A stretch of DNA of 64,000 nt from Candidatus Zixiibacteriota bacterium (GTDB taxonomy: Bacteria > Zixibacteria > MSB-5A5 > GN15 > JAAZOE01): contig JBDREQ010000025.1 of the NCBI GenBank assembly GCA_043819555.1, positions 1 through 64,000 of the forward strand, given 5' to 3'. This document shows, one piece after another, positions 16,692 through 26,356 of this stretch; the stretch's first letter is position 1, and every line of letters starts with the position of its first letter. The notes under the pieces were generated by a model. The model saw only the letters and a list, made by a program, of their open reading frames with translations, made no database searches and was not told the DNA's origin. A program made the translations under genes and the position numbers.

Positions 16692-19600
16692 TCCGGCGAG
16701 ATTTCAAAAAGCCCTTTTTATATTATTGGCAGCCGTCATATATATTTTTCCAAATGCCGCCTCGCGTGCGGAATATATCAGCATAAGATTTGTAATTCAG
16801 CCAATGGATATCCCGGTTCAAACTGATTTGGCGCCATTTGCGGAAGGTTCTGATTCCATTTATTGCGGGGGCAGATTACTGAATCGGGATTTAGACTATC
16901 GCCTTCATCATCGCACCGGCAATCTGAAAATTTTGACTGAGATGGATTGCGATAGTATTGATGTCCGTATTTTTCGGCTTCCCAAATGGATGTTTGAATC
17001 TTTGGGGAATATTCCGGGGGAAGGTAAGAAATTTATCAGTTTACCAGGTGTCTCAGCCAAAAATCAAACGGTTCGCGGGGGTGGGGGGGATGTGAAAAAA
17101 ATCAATCTGTCCGGAAGTAAATCATTCGCGTTCAATGTCGGCCAAACGGGCCAGAGTAATTTCTCCCAGGGATTATCGGTTGACTTCGATACGCGCATTG
17201 GTTCAGGTTTAGAAATCAGGGGATCTGTTTCCGATAAGGCCAGTCCTGTTAATAATCCGGCGGGTCCGGGCGGATCGACAACGCTGCTATCAGAACTGGA
17301 TAAATACTATTTTGAGATCAGAGGACGGCGATTGACTGCTCAGGCAGGGGATATCCTCTCGATATCAAACACATACTTACCGCAAAAACGAATTATGGGA
17401 GTAGCAAGTGTTTTTAAATCTGATCATTATAAATCAGCGGTTTCAATTGGGCGACCAGCGGGTAAGTTTCATATAGCTCGCATCAGAGGCGGTGATGGTA
17501 AACAGGGACCTTATCAGGTAAATGGCCGGGGAGGTGTGCCGGTTTCAATTGTCGCGGGTTCGGAAAAAGTCTATGTCGATGGCCAGCTCCTCGAAGGACG
17601 AACCGATCGCCATTACGTGATTGATTATGCCGCCGGGAGAATTACGTTTTCACCGGGGACATTGATAACATCGCGAAGCCGCATCGAAATTGATTTTGAG
17701 GAAGCTGATAATAAATACCAGCAAGCTATTTATGAATTGTCCCAGGAACTAAATCTGCTCAATGAGCGATTGAGATTATCATTTGGAGGAAGGCGCGAGG
17801 TGGATGAAAAAGACAGATTGAGATTTTTGTCTTTGAGCCCGGCCGATATCGTTGGCCTGTCGGCTGCGGGAGATTCGACTTCGAATGCTTTTCAAAGCGG
17901 TGCCGCGGCCGATTCGGCTGGAGAATATGAACTTATTACAGATACTACAGGTACACAGTATTACAATTTTGTTGGGAGGGGAAACGGGGGATATTCGGTT
18001 CAATTTTCATTTGTCGGGGAAGACCAGGGCGACTATATCCGCCTTGGTGAAAATATATTCCAGTTTACGGGAGCCGGGCAAGGTGACTATTTACCGGTTA
18101 GATTTTTACCTCTGCCGGCATCAAACAGTTTTTTCTATTCAGCCGCGGAAATAAGACCGTATAATGATGGCAAAATTGCCATTGAATATCACGGCAATGA
18201 CCGCGATGAAAATTTGTTTTCCAGTATCGACGACGAGGATAACTATCGCGGCCAGATTAAAACAGTTTTTACACATCATAATGAAAATTTGCGTTCGGAA
18301 ACGTCATTAAGGTATCAGAGCGCAAACTACAATCCTGTCTATAGAGTCGATGTTCCCGATAATAATCGGATGTGGGCGCTTCCCGAGGGGAGTATTAGCG
18401 GCGACGAATTTCGAATTGAATCTGAGCAGAGGATAACATTCCCTAAGCATGCATTTATACTTGATGGGGGCATTATTAATTTTGGGAAAAGCCTGAAGTC
18501 GTATCGAATAAATTTCGGTGGTAATCATTTTATTGAAAGCTTCGTTAGCCCTCGATATTCTTACCAGATGGGGCATACGCATAATAAAATTCTGAATGAG
18601 ACAAAAGGATTGTTTGAAAAATATTCGGGAGGCATGTTCATCAAAGGTCCACGAACAATTCGGATGGAGGTCGATTATTTCCAGGAGCTGACAAAGGATT
18701 TATATGGGGATAAGCCTGATATAGAAAAATATACTGAATACAAATCGACATTATTCATTCGCAATAGCGTCGTGGCTTTATCTCGTCGATTGGATTATCA
18801 AAGCGATGATTACGGCCGCAAGGGTCCCCGGCTTGACAAAGTGACGATTAATTCGGATGAAAATCTGGGACGGCTCAGGCTTAATCTTACAGGCACGCTT
18901 CTCAATCAAAAGCGTCTCGATTCATTTCGTGAAGATCGCACGGCAAGGATGTTCGCGACAGCCGCGCGATATCTGGCCCCCGACGGATGGCTTTCCCTTC
19001 AAGCGGATTACCGTCAAAATAGCGAACAGGGGAAATCATCGGAATTCAGATATATAGAAGTTGAGAGCGGGCAGGGCAATTATCGGTTTGAAGACGGTCA
19101 GTATTTTTTTGATATTGCCGGCGATATTATCAGGATTCGGCAGGAAGTCGGGCAGGCGGCCTCGATTACCCGTGGAGAAAAATCTCATAATTTGACTTTC
19201 AACCCGGGAAGAGCGAGGTTTTTGACAAAATTAAGTTCCTGGCTTGACCAGTTTTCTTTTCGGATGAGATCCGAAATTATCGAAGAAGCTTCGGGTAAAG
19301 ACAAAAGGCATCTATCATGGATTTTGCCGTGGACAAGCCAATCCGGTGTAGATTATATCAATCGCGCGCGCCGGGAACGATACACATTCTTATTATTTCC
19401 CCGATTAAATTTCTATGTGATGAATTTTATTTTCACTCACAATTTCAGCGAACAGGACGGCGGACGGTCAGTATTTAAAGATACAAAAAACTACAATGCC
19501 GAAATAAAAAACGCCATTTCCTCTGCGCTGAACTCAATCCTGAAATATAATCATGGCCGTACGGAACAGAGAGGAGGGGGCTTGATTCCCGCCAGGTTGA

Positions 19601-19989
19601 GAACGTCCTCATATGGATGGGCTTTATTATATTTTGGAAGTCAATTTCAGATCACGCCTGAACTGGAATATATCCGCTTTAATGAGGAGGAAAATGGAGG
19701 ACGGGGAGTAGGATTGGCTGCCAAGCTTGAGGCCATTGCCAGGTTTTCCGGCCGGGGTGAATTTCGCATCAGGGGGGAATTTCGAGATTTGTCAGAGAAA
19801 GAAAGGTTTATCGCCTCCGAGTATTTTGTCACCGACGGCAATCGGTTCGGAAAATCAGGGCATTTTTCAATGATAATAAATTATAAAATTGGAAAGACGA
19901 TGAGGATAACCGGAAGTATGAGGAATAGATTTTTTGAAAATCGAAAATCTGAATTTACGGGTCGAGGTGAATTGATTGCGTTGTTCTAA
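16672..19989 (+). CDS. Large (~1105 aa) predicted outer-membrane beta-barrel protein of unknown function
   Basis: Signal peptide, alternating beta-strand pattern, terminal Phe; GSEKVYVDG..L.....YVIDY..GRITF module (weaker copy near N-terminus). Confidence 0.65.
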   Translation: MRPIRINPARFQKALFILLAAVIYIFPNAASRAEYISIRFVIQPMDIPVQTDLAPFAEGSDSIYCGGRLLNRDLDYRLHHRTGNLKILTEMDCDSIDVRIFRLPKWMFESLGNIPGEGKKFISLPGVSAKNQTVRGGGGDVKKINLSGSKSFAFNVGQTGQSNFSQGLSVDFDTRIGSGLEIRGSVSDKASPVNNPAGPGGSTTLLSELDKYYFEIRGRRLTAQAGDILSISNTYLPQKRIMGVASVFKSDHYKSAVSIGRPAGKFHIARIRGGDGKQGPYQVNGRGGVPVSIVAGSEKVYVDGQLLEGRTDRHYVIDYAAGRITFSPGTLITSRSRIEIDFEEADNKYQQAIYELSQELNLLNERLRLSFGGRREVDEKDRLRFLSLSPADIVGLSAAGDSTSNAFQSGAAADSAGEYELITDTTGTQYYNFVGRGNGGYSVQFSFVGEDQGDYIRLGENIFQFTGAGQGDYLPVRFLPLPASNSFFYSAAEIRPYNDGKIAIEYHGNDRDENLFSSIDDEDNYRGQIKTVFTHHNENLRSETSLRYQSANYNPVYRVDVPDNNRMWALPEGSISGDEFRIESEQRITFPKHAFILDGGIINFGKSLKSYRINFGGNHFIESFVSPRYSYQMGHTHNKILNETKGLFEKYSGGMFIKGPRTIRMEVDYFQELTKDLYGDKPDIEKYTEYKSTLFIRNSVVALSRRLDYQSDDYGRKGPRLDKVTINSDENLGRLRLNLTGTLLNQKRLDSFREDRTARMFATAARYLAPDGWLSLQADYRQNSEQGKSSEFRYIEVESGQGNYRFEDGQYFFDIAGDIIRIRQEVGQAASITRGEKSHNLTFNPGRARFLTKLSSWLDQFSFRMRSEIIEEASGKDKRHLSWILPWTSQSGVDYINRARRERYTFLLFPRLNFYVMNFIFTHNFSEQDGGRSVFKDTKNYNAEIKNAISSALNSILKYNHGRTEQRGGGLIPARLRTSSYGWALLYFGSQFQITPELEYIRFNEEENGGRGVGLAAKLEAIARFSGRGEFRIRGEFRDLSEKERFIASEYFVTDGNRFGKSGHFSMIINYKIGKTMRITGSMRNRFFENRKSEFTGRGELIALF

Positions 19990-21652
19990 GCTCATATTTA
20001 TTTTATTCGCATTTATATGTCTGGGCGTAAATGTTTGCTCGGGCAAATATTTGGTTGAATATATCGAGACTGCTCCCGATAAATATATTATACCCAAAAT
20101 TGATAAAATTGCGGCTACTATTGGCGAAAGTAGTATTTCAGATACTATTGAGGCCATTCTATCTTCTTCCGGATATTATAATGCCAAAGTTTTCATCACC
20201 GATTCAATGATTACGATTGATGCGGGGAAGTTGTCATTTATTGGTCAGATAAATCTTGAGATAATTAAACCCGCAGGTGAAATATTAAGTAAGCAAATCG
20301 ATCAAATGGCCGGTGTCATTGCATCAAAGGAACATATCGATTCCGTCAAATCAGAGATTTTATTTGTATATCAAGAGAAAGGGTATTTCTACGCGTCATT
20401 AAACACAGTGAATGTAATGTATGATGACAATTTATTAGAATTTAATTTGAGACTTTTAACCGGTCCTCTAGTTAATCTGGATCGAATCAGGTTTAAAGGG
20501 CTTGCCAAAACATCTCCCGGTTTTGTCGAAAAATTATCTGGGCTTAAACAGGGAGATGCCCTGATTTTTTCTCATATCGAAAGAGCCGCAGAAAAAATAA
20601 ATAATAGCGGGTACTTGCTTGTCGATACAATTCCATCGGTAATCCCGAATCAGAATTATGATGGAGTGGAATTGATTTTCAATTTATCTGAATTGAAGAG
20701 TAACCAGATTGAATTTGCCGGAGGTTATTTACCTGGGCGTGGTGACAGGAAAGGTGAGTTTGTCGGTTTTTTGAATTTCAAATCAAAAAATATATTTGGC
20801 GGGGGCCGCCGAATTGATTTATTAATTGACCGTAAGGATAGGTTGTCATCAAGGATCGAATTCGGATATATTCAGCCGTTTTTTATACCCGAACTGTTGG
20901 AGATTTCCGGACGTTTTCGGCAAATTGACAACGGTGATTTTTACTATCTTTTTACAATTGAGGCGGCGCTTGCGATTCAATCCGGAAAACATGCCAAATT
21001 GACCGGAGAAATTTCATGGACAAAGACCGAGCCTCAAAATTTATCTCAACCGCCTTCGCGGGCATGGACGGGAAATATCTCTTATCTGCATTCCAATCTT
21101 TATGATATGCTGAATCCAATGAAGGGGAACTCGTTCGAGGGAAATATTTCATATATTCGCCATATCAGCTGGCCGGATTCCGTCGCAACGGGTGTGGTCA
21201 ACAATGACAGCAAATTTTCCGCTGCGCTGAATAATTATATTCCGCTTGCCAATCATTTTGTCTTTCGCCTGAGTCTGGAAAGTCAGGTTTATATTACATC
21301 CCGTAAAGTTATTGATTTCTCGGAGCAATTCAGGCTCGGCGGATTCGCGTCGCTGAGGGGATATCGGCAGGAGCAGTTTTCAGGAATGCGAGTAGCTTTG
21401 GGGCAGGCGGAATTGCGCTACCGGCCTTCTGCCTTCGCATCATTATATATGTTTTCGGATTTAGGCTATATCTATTCTCGAGAATTGATTTCGGAATACA
21501 ATCTGATAACTATAGAACTTTTCAAACCGGGCTTTGGAGTAGGAATATTCGCGGCAAGGTCGAATACATCAGTAACACTCGAAGCGGGCTGGGGCGAGGG
21601 CGATAATTTGGGGCAGGGGAAACTTCATTTTGGTTTACAGACCAAGTTTTAA
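19976..21652 (+). CDS. Omp85 (BamA/TamA-family) protein with POTRA domains
   Basis: KGYFYA POTRA motif, NIFGGGR, LGGFASLRGY (VRGF-like loop 6), HFGLQTKF beta-signal. Confidence 0.8.
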   Translation: MRCSKLIFILFAFICLGVNVCSGKYLVEYIETAPDKYIIPKIDKIAATIGESSISDTIEAILSSSGYYNAKVFITDSMITIDAGKLSFIGQINLEIIKPAGEILSKQIDQMAGVIASKEHIDSVKSEILFVYQEKGYFYASLNTVNVMYDDNLLEFNLRLLTGPLVNLDRIRFKGLAKTSPGFVEKLSGLKQGDALIFSHIERAAEKINNSGYLLVDTIPSVIPNQNYDGVELIFNLSELKSNQIEFAGGYLPGRGDRKGEFVGFLNFKSKNIFGGGRRIDLLIDRKDRLSSRIEFGYIQPFFIPELLEISGRFRQIDNGDFYYLFTIEAALAIQSGKHAKLTGEISWTKTEPQNLSQPPSRAWTGNISYLHSNLYDMLNPMKGNSFEGNISYIRHISWPDSVATGVVNNDSKFSAALNNYIPLANHFVFRLSLESQVYITSRKVIDFSEQFRLGGFASLRGYRQEQFSGMRVALGQAELRYRPSAFASLYMFSDLGYIYSRELISEYNLITIELFKPGFGVGIFAARSNTSVTLEAGWGEGDNLGQGKLHFGLQTKF

Positions 21653-21688
21653 CTTGACTGAAGCCTGCCAATCATCTAATTCTCATAA

Positions 21689-22543
21689 GTGGATATATTC
21701 CTGAAACATTATACATTGATTCGTTTGTCCAATTGCCTGATAGCATCTTTGGCAGTCGCGGTGGGGCAATATCTGGTCTCAATCCCCGGTTATTTCAAGA
21801 TTTCATATATTCCAGCAATGGCCGCCTTTTTTGTATGCGGTTATGGCAATATCATAAATGATATTGTCGATAGAAAATCGGATGAGATAAATCATCCCGA
21901 TCGACCAATTCCAGCCGGGCAAATTTCAATCGGTTCGGCGCGGGCTCTGGCTATTCTGTTTTTGGCCGTCTGCGGAATTTTAGCCATATTTCTCAACTTG
22001 GTAGGAATCCTAATCGTTTTTTCCGGGATAATTCTGGTGACGTGGTATGATTTTAGACTCAAGCACACTCCATATTGGGGAAATGCCGTTGTCTCATTAT
22101 TGGGAGGGATGACTTTTATTCTGGGGGGAGTTGCGGTTCGACCAGACAATATTAATACTAATCCGGGAGTTTTGGCCGCGGCGGGATTTGCTTTTATCGC
22201 TCATTTTGGGCGTGAAATTATAAAAGATATTCAAGACCGCATCGGAGATTCTGCGGCAGGGAGTCGAACTGGCGCAATTTCAGGCGGCCCTCTACAAGCC
22301 ATGATAATCGTATATATCCTGTTCGGCTTATTGACGGTAATGACTATAGTCGTATATAAACTGGAATGGTTTAATAAAACGTTTTTGTATATCACCATAC
22401 TGGGAGTGATATCGCCGGCGCTTATACAATTTATCTGGCTGGGGAAATCATTGGACGGCAGAAAATTGGGATTAGTCTCATTATTCATGAAACTTGAAAT
22501 GTTGCCCGGAGTTTTGGCTTTAATCTTGGGCCGGCAATATTAA
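21689..22543 (+). CDS. UbiA-family prenyltransferase, DGGGP-synthase-like
   Basis: LIR..NC, NDIVDRKSDEINHPDRPIPAG, REIIKDIQD..GD; multiple TM segments. Confidence 0.75.
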   Translation: MDIFLKHYTLIRLSNCLIASLAVAVGQYLVSIPGYFKISYIPAMAAFFVCGYGNIINDIVDRKSDEINHPDRPIPAGQISIGSARALAILFLAVCGILAIFLNLVGILIVFSGIILVTWYDFRLKHTPYWGNAVVSLLGGMTFILGGVAVRPDNINTNPGVLAAAGFAFIAHFGREIIKDIQDRIGDSAAGSRTGAISGGPLQAMIIVYILFGLLTVMTIVVYKLEWFNKTFLYITILGVISPALIQFIWLGKSLDGRKLGLVSLFMKLEMLPGVLALILGRQY

Positions 22544-22646
22544 CAGAAATTAACATTTTTTTGAAAACTTTTCCATACTTTCACTGTATAATTGTCCTTA
22601 GTCGAAGATTTAAAAGAGCTTCACTATTTTTGGAAGTGATTATTAA

Positions 22647-23549
22647 GTGGCGTCTATTATGAGGAAAATTTCTAATAAGGCAGCGATATTTGGTGGGATT
22701 TTCATTATGATCCTGTCTGGCTGGGCTTATTCGGGCAACATCGGAATTTCGGCTGAAATCTCGAATGGCACCGTCGCATTTGAGCAAAAGGATACTCTGG
22801 TAATTCGATTGACCTGGGAAGGCGAACCTTCTTTGTATCAAATTGACAATTTTCCCATGCCCGAACTGGATAAATTCCAGATTCTGGGCTCATCGTCAAC
22901 GCTTTTGGCAACTCAGGCAGACAGCTCGTCAAATCAGGAAGTAACGACCCGGAAATTTGTATATATTCTGGAACCCACCGATTACGGCACCGGAATAATT
23001 CATCCCTTATCTCTAAATGCAACTAATGCCGTTACCGGTGATGTTCAACTAATGCAAACGAGCCAAATGATGGTGGATATAGCCAAACCGATTCCCAAAG
23101 AAGAAAAGGAAGAAACGGATAATACAGTATTGTTGATTGTCATCGCGGCCGTTTTGATTATTGGTATTGGCGTTGTTACTTATTTTTATATAAAGCGATC
23201 AAAACAGCGAGAAGCTGAGGCGGGGTTCGAGGATCGCTTCTTTGTACAGTCAATGGAAGAGATTAAAAAAGACACCGTGGCCGATAAAAAGCTCTTTTAT
23301 TCGCGAACATATCGGCTTTTAATAAAGTATCTGGAGAAAGAGCTCAATCTTGAAGTTTCGAGCAAAACCAGCGAGGAAATAATCGCGAATGTCCAGAAGT
23401 TGGATGACAGTGAAAACAAAACATCATTAATTGCCTGGTTGGAGTTATTGCAGAAAGAAAAATACAGCCCAGTTTCTCCATCTCCGGGCGAGGTTGAGGA
23501 ATTATACCAAAAGATATTTCGATTTTTCGAAAACAAATTGTCTAAATAA
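22647..23549 (+). CDS. BatD-like single-domain membrane protein
   Basis: Signal peptide, BatD-type Ig-like domain (YILEP...G...I), TM helix, helical tail (YLE..L......TSEEI). Confidence 0.6.
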   Translation: MASIMRKISNKAAIFGGIFIMILSGWAYSGNIGISAEISNGTVAFEQKDTLVIRLTWEGEPSLYQIDNFPMPELDKFQILGSSSTLLATQADSSSNQEVTTRKFVYILEPTDYGTGIIHPLSLNATNAVTGDVQLMQTSQMMVDIAKPIPKEEKEETDNTVLLIVIAAVLIIGIGVVTYFYIKRSKQREAEAGFEDRFFVQSMEEIKKDTVADKKLFYSRTYRLLIKYLEKELNLEVSSKTSEEIIANVQKLDDSENKTSLIAWLELLQKEKYSPVSPSPGEVEELYQKIFRFFENKLSK

Positions 23550-23561
23550 AGTGGAGGATAT

Positions 23562-24551
23562 ATGGATCTCGATATCAAACAGATTCAGGAAGAAGTCGCG
23601 CGGAAATCCGAATTTATTGAAAAACTCACGGTGGAGTTGGGTACTATTATTGTTGGTCAGAAATATATGATCGAACGGCTTATGGTTGGACTTCTGGCGG
23701 ATGGGCATATACTTCTTGAAGGCGTTCCGGGATTGGCCAAAACATTAGCGGTAAAATCGTTGGCAGGAGCCATCGATGCCAAATTCAGGCGGATTCAGTT
23801 TACTCCCGATTTGTTACCGGCTGACCTGATTGGAACGATGATATATAATCCTCAAAAAGGAGAGTTTTCGGTAAAGAAAGGGCCCATTTTTTCCAATATC
23901 ATACTGGCTGATGAAATCAACCGCGCTCCGGCAAAAGTGCAATCGGCTTTACTGGAAGCAATGCAGGAGCGGCAGGTGACAATTGGCGATGAGACTTTTC
24001 CACTTGGCCGACTGTTTTTGGTTCTTGCGACACAAAACCCGATTGAGCAGGAAGGAACATACCCGCTTCCTGAAGCGCAGATTGACAGATTTATTTTCAA
24101 ATTAAAAATAACTTATCCCTCAATCGAAGAAGAGCGAATTATTATGGATCGCATGACCGTCGGCAGTGATTTGAAAGTGTCGGCAACGGTTACGCCGGGA
24201 GATATTCTTGAGGCCCGTAAAGTTGTCACTGGAATATATGTCGATGAAAAAGTAAAAGAATATATCCTCAATATCGTTTTTGCGACCCGCAACCCTGAAA
24301 AATACGGATTGGGAAGCATGACCGATTTGATTGCTTACGGCGCATCCCCGCGAGCATCGATATATCTAAATCTGGCCGCCAAGGCTCATGCCTTTATAAA
24401 AGGCCGCGGATATATTACTCCCGAAGATGTCAAGGCGATTGGATTGGATGTGTTGCGCCATCGCATCCTGGTCACTTATGAAGCGGAAGCTGAGGAAACT
24501 ACTGCGGATGATATTGTCCGGAGAATTTTTGATACCATTGAGGTGCCATAA
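23562..24551 (+). CDS. moxR: MoxR-family AAA+ ATPase
   Basis: GVPGLAKT, RIQFTPDLLPAD, LADEINRAPAKVQSALLEAMQE, ATQNPIEQEGTYPLPEAQ.DRF. Confidence 0.95.
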   Translation: MDLDIKQIQEEVARKSEFIEKLTVELGTIIVGQKYMIERLMVGLLADGHILLEGVPGLAKTLAVKSLAGAIDAKFRRIQFTPDLLPADLIGTMIYNPQKGEFSVKKGPIFSNIILADEINRAPAKVQSALLEAMQERQVTIGDETFPLGRLFLVLATQNPIEQEGTYPLPEAQIDRFIFKLKITYPSIEEERIIMDRMTVGSDLKVSATVTPGDILEARKVVTGIYVDEKVKEYILNIVFATRNPEKYGLGSMTDLIAYGASPRASIYLNLAAKAHAFIKGRGYITPEDVKAIGLDVLRHRILVTYEAEAEETTADDIVRRIFDTIEVP

Positions 24552-24557
24552 GCCGCT

Positions 24558-25433
24558 ATGATTCCCAAAGATATTTTCAAAAAAATCAGGCGCATCGAGA
24601 TTCGCACTCGCAAACTGGTCAATGATCTCTTTTCCGGAGAATATCATTCGACGTTTAAAGGTCAGGGGATTGAGTTTGAAGAGGTGCGCGAATATTTCCC
24701 CGGAGATGATATTCGCTTGATTGATTGGAATGTCACCGCTCGAACAGGTATTCCTCACGTAAAGAAGTTCAAAGAAGAACGCGAATTGACGGTAACGCTT
24801 TTGGTGGATGCTTCTTCATCTGGAAGATTTGGCACTTTTGAACGATATAAAGAGGAATTGGCGGCTGAGCTTTGCGCTCTTCTGGCGTTTTCGGCCATTA
24901 AGAATAATGACAAAGTCGGCCTGATAATTTTCACCGACAAAATTGAAAAATATATTCCGCCCAATAAGGGCAAACCGCACGTGTTGAGGCTTATCAGGGA
25001 AATACTTTATTTTACCCCGGAACATACCAAAACAGATATCGCCGGGGCTCTGGAATTTTTCAGTAAAGTCACCAAACGTCGTTCGGTGGTGTTTTTGATT
25101 TCGGATTTTCTTTCGGAGAATTATTCCCGGCCGCTGCAAATAGCCAACCGCAGACATGATGTTATCGCGATCAAGATATCTGATCCGCGTGAAATTTCGT
25201 TTGATAATTATGGATTAATTGAACTGGAAGATGCTGAGACGGGCGAGGTGATTGTACTCGATACTTCTTCGCATCAATTCCGCAAAGAGTTTTCAGAACA
25301 GGCTCAGGCAACGGTTGATAGTCTGCAGCATGATTTTAGATTGATTGATACGGATTTCATTCAGATCCGGACGGATAAGCCTTATACGATTCCGCTTGTA
25401 CAATTTTTCAAAATGAGGGAGAAGCGACGCTGA
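24558..25433 (+). CDS. DUF58 (vWA-like) protein
   Basis: FKGQGIEFEEVREY.PGDDIR.IDWNVTAR. Confidence 0.9.
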   Translation: MIPKDIFKKIRRIEIRTRKLVNDLFSGEYHSTFKGQGIEFEEVREYFPGDDIRLIDWNVTARTGIPHVKKFKEERELTVTLLVDASSSGRFGTFERYKEELAAELCALLAFSAIKNNDKVGLIIFTDKIEKYIPPNKGKPHVLRLIREILYFTPEHTKTDIAGALEFFSKVTKRRSVVFLISDFLSENYSRPLQIANRRHDVIAIKISDPREISFDNYGLIELEDAETGEVIVLDTSSHQFRKEFSEQAQATVDSLQHDFRLIDTDFIQIRTDKPYTIPLVQFFKMREKRR

Positions 25434-26356
25434 TGGCTGGGAATAATAAAATTTCGGTGATGCAAATAATCACGATGCTATTTGCCCTTGGAGCTGTAGC
25501 TATGGCTATCCTGATATATTTTGATATGCCGCCCCGTCCCGAAGATGAAATCGTATCCTCGGCGAAGAAACTGGCTGGTGAATTGGCTGATAATAATCTC
25601 CCCGAAGCGGCTATTGAGGAATATCAAAAAATCCTCAGTAAGGCGGAATTGAGTCCGGCCGAACGGGGCGCGATAAATTATCTGATCGCGAGAGTATATT
25701 TTGAGGAAATTGGCGATTATCAACAAGCCGCGGCGCATTATATCAGAGCGCGGTCGCTTGATGAAAACGGATCGTATTATAATGAGGCTGGAAAAAATCT
25801 AATTGCCAGTCTGGAGAAAATGGGACGGCGCCTCGATGCTCGCCGCGAACTGGATGCGCAGGCCAGCGCCCACCCCGATACAGCAGCTGGAAAAGTTGTG
25901 GCTATTGTGGGCTCGGATAAAATTACTCTGTCGGAATTTAATATGGCCCTCGAATCAATTCCAAATGAGATGCGGACTCAATATTCATCGTTAGAAGGGA
26001 AGAAAGAGTTTCTCAATCAACTGATTGGGCGGGAATTGATTTATCATGCGGCCTTGCGCGAGGGTTTAGATCGCTCAAGTGAAATACAAAAGGCCTTGAG
26101 GGATGTCGAAAAAGACTATTTGGTTCAATACTATACCAGCAAGAAAATAGCGCCCACTGTCAAGCCGGATACGGGTGATTTGAAAATGTATTATGAAGCC
26201 AATAAGGGGAAATATGGGGACCAGGATTTTGAAGCCATTAGTCAGGATGTGGCTCAGGATTATATGAATTATCTGGGGCAGAAAGCGATTAATGAATATA
26301 TCAGCGTTTTATTGCAGGCCGAACCGGTTCAAAAATTCGAGGAGAATTTGAAATAA
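25433..26356 (+). CDS. Membrane-anchored TPR + SurA N-terminal-like chaperone domain protein
   Basis: N-terminal TM, TPR-like helices, VVAIVGSDKITLSEF...LNQLIGRELIYHAA..EGLD; no parvulin domain seen. Confidence 0.6.
   Translation: MAGNNKISVMQIITMLFALGAVAMAILIYFDMPPRPEDEIVSSAKKLAGELADNNLPEAAIEEYQKILSKAELSPAERGAINYLIARVYFEEIGDYQQAAAHYIRARSLDENGSYYNEAGKNLIASLEKMGRRLDARRELDAQASAHPDTAAGKVVAIVGSDKITLSEFNMALESIPNEMRTQYSSLEGKKEFLNQLIGRELIYHAALREGLDRSSEIQKALRDVEKDYLVQYYTSKKIAPTVKPDTGDLKMYYEANKGKYGDQDFEAISQDVAQDYMNYLGQKAINEYISVLLQAEPVQKFEENLK

Noticed and set aside
19976..21652. Calling the Omp85 gene bamA, or the 1100-aa barrel sprA
   Set aside because: Both are much shorter than the canonical proteins; orthology cannot be shown without searches.
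21654..21688. Internal promoter for the ubiA-like gene
   Set aside because: TTGACT is present, but the -10 at 17-bp spacing (TAATTC) lacks the conserved final T.
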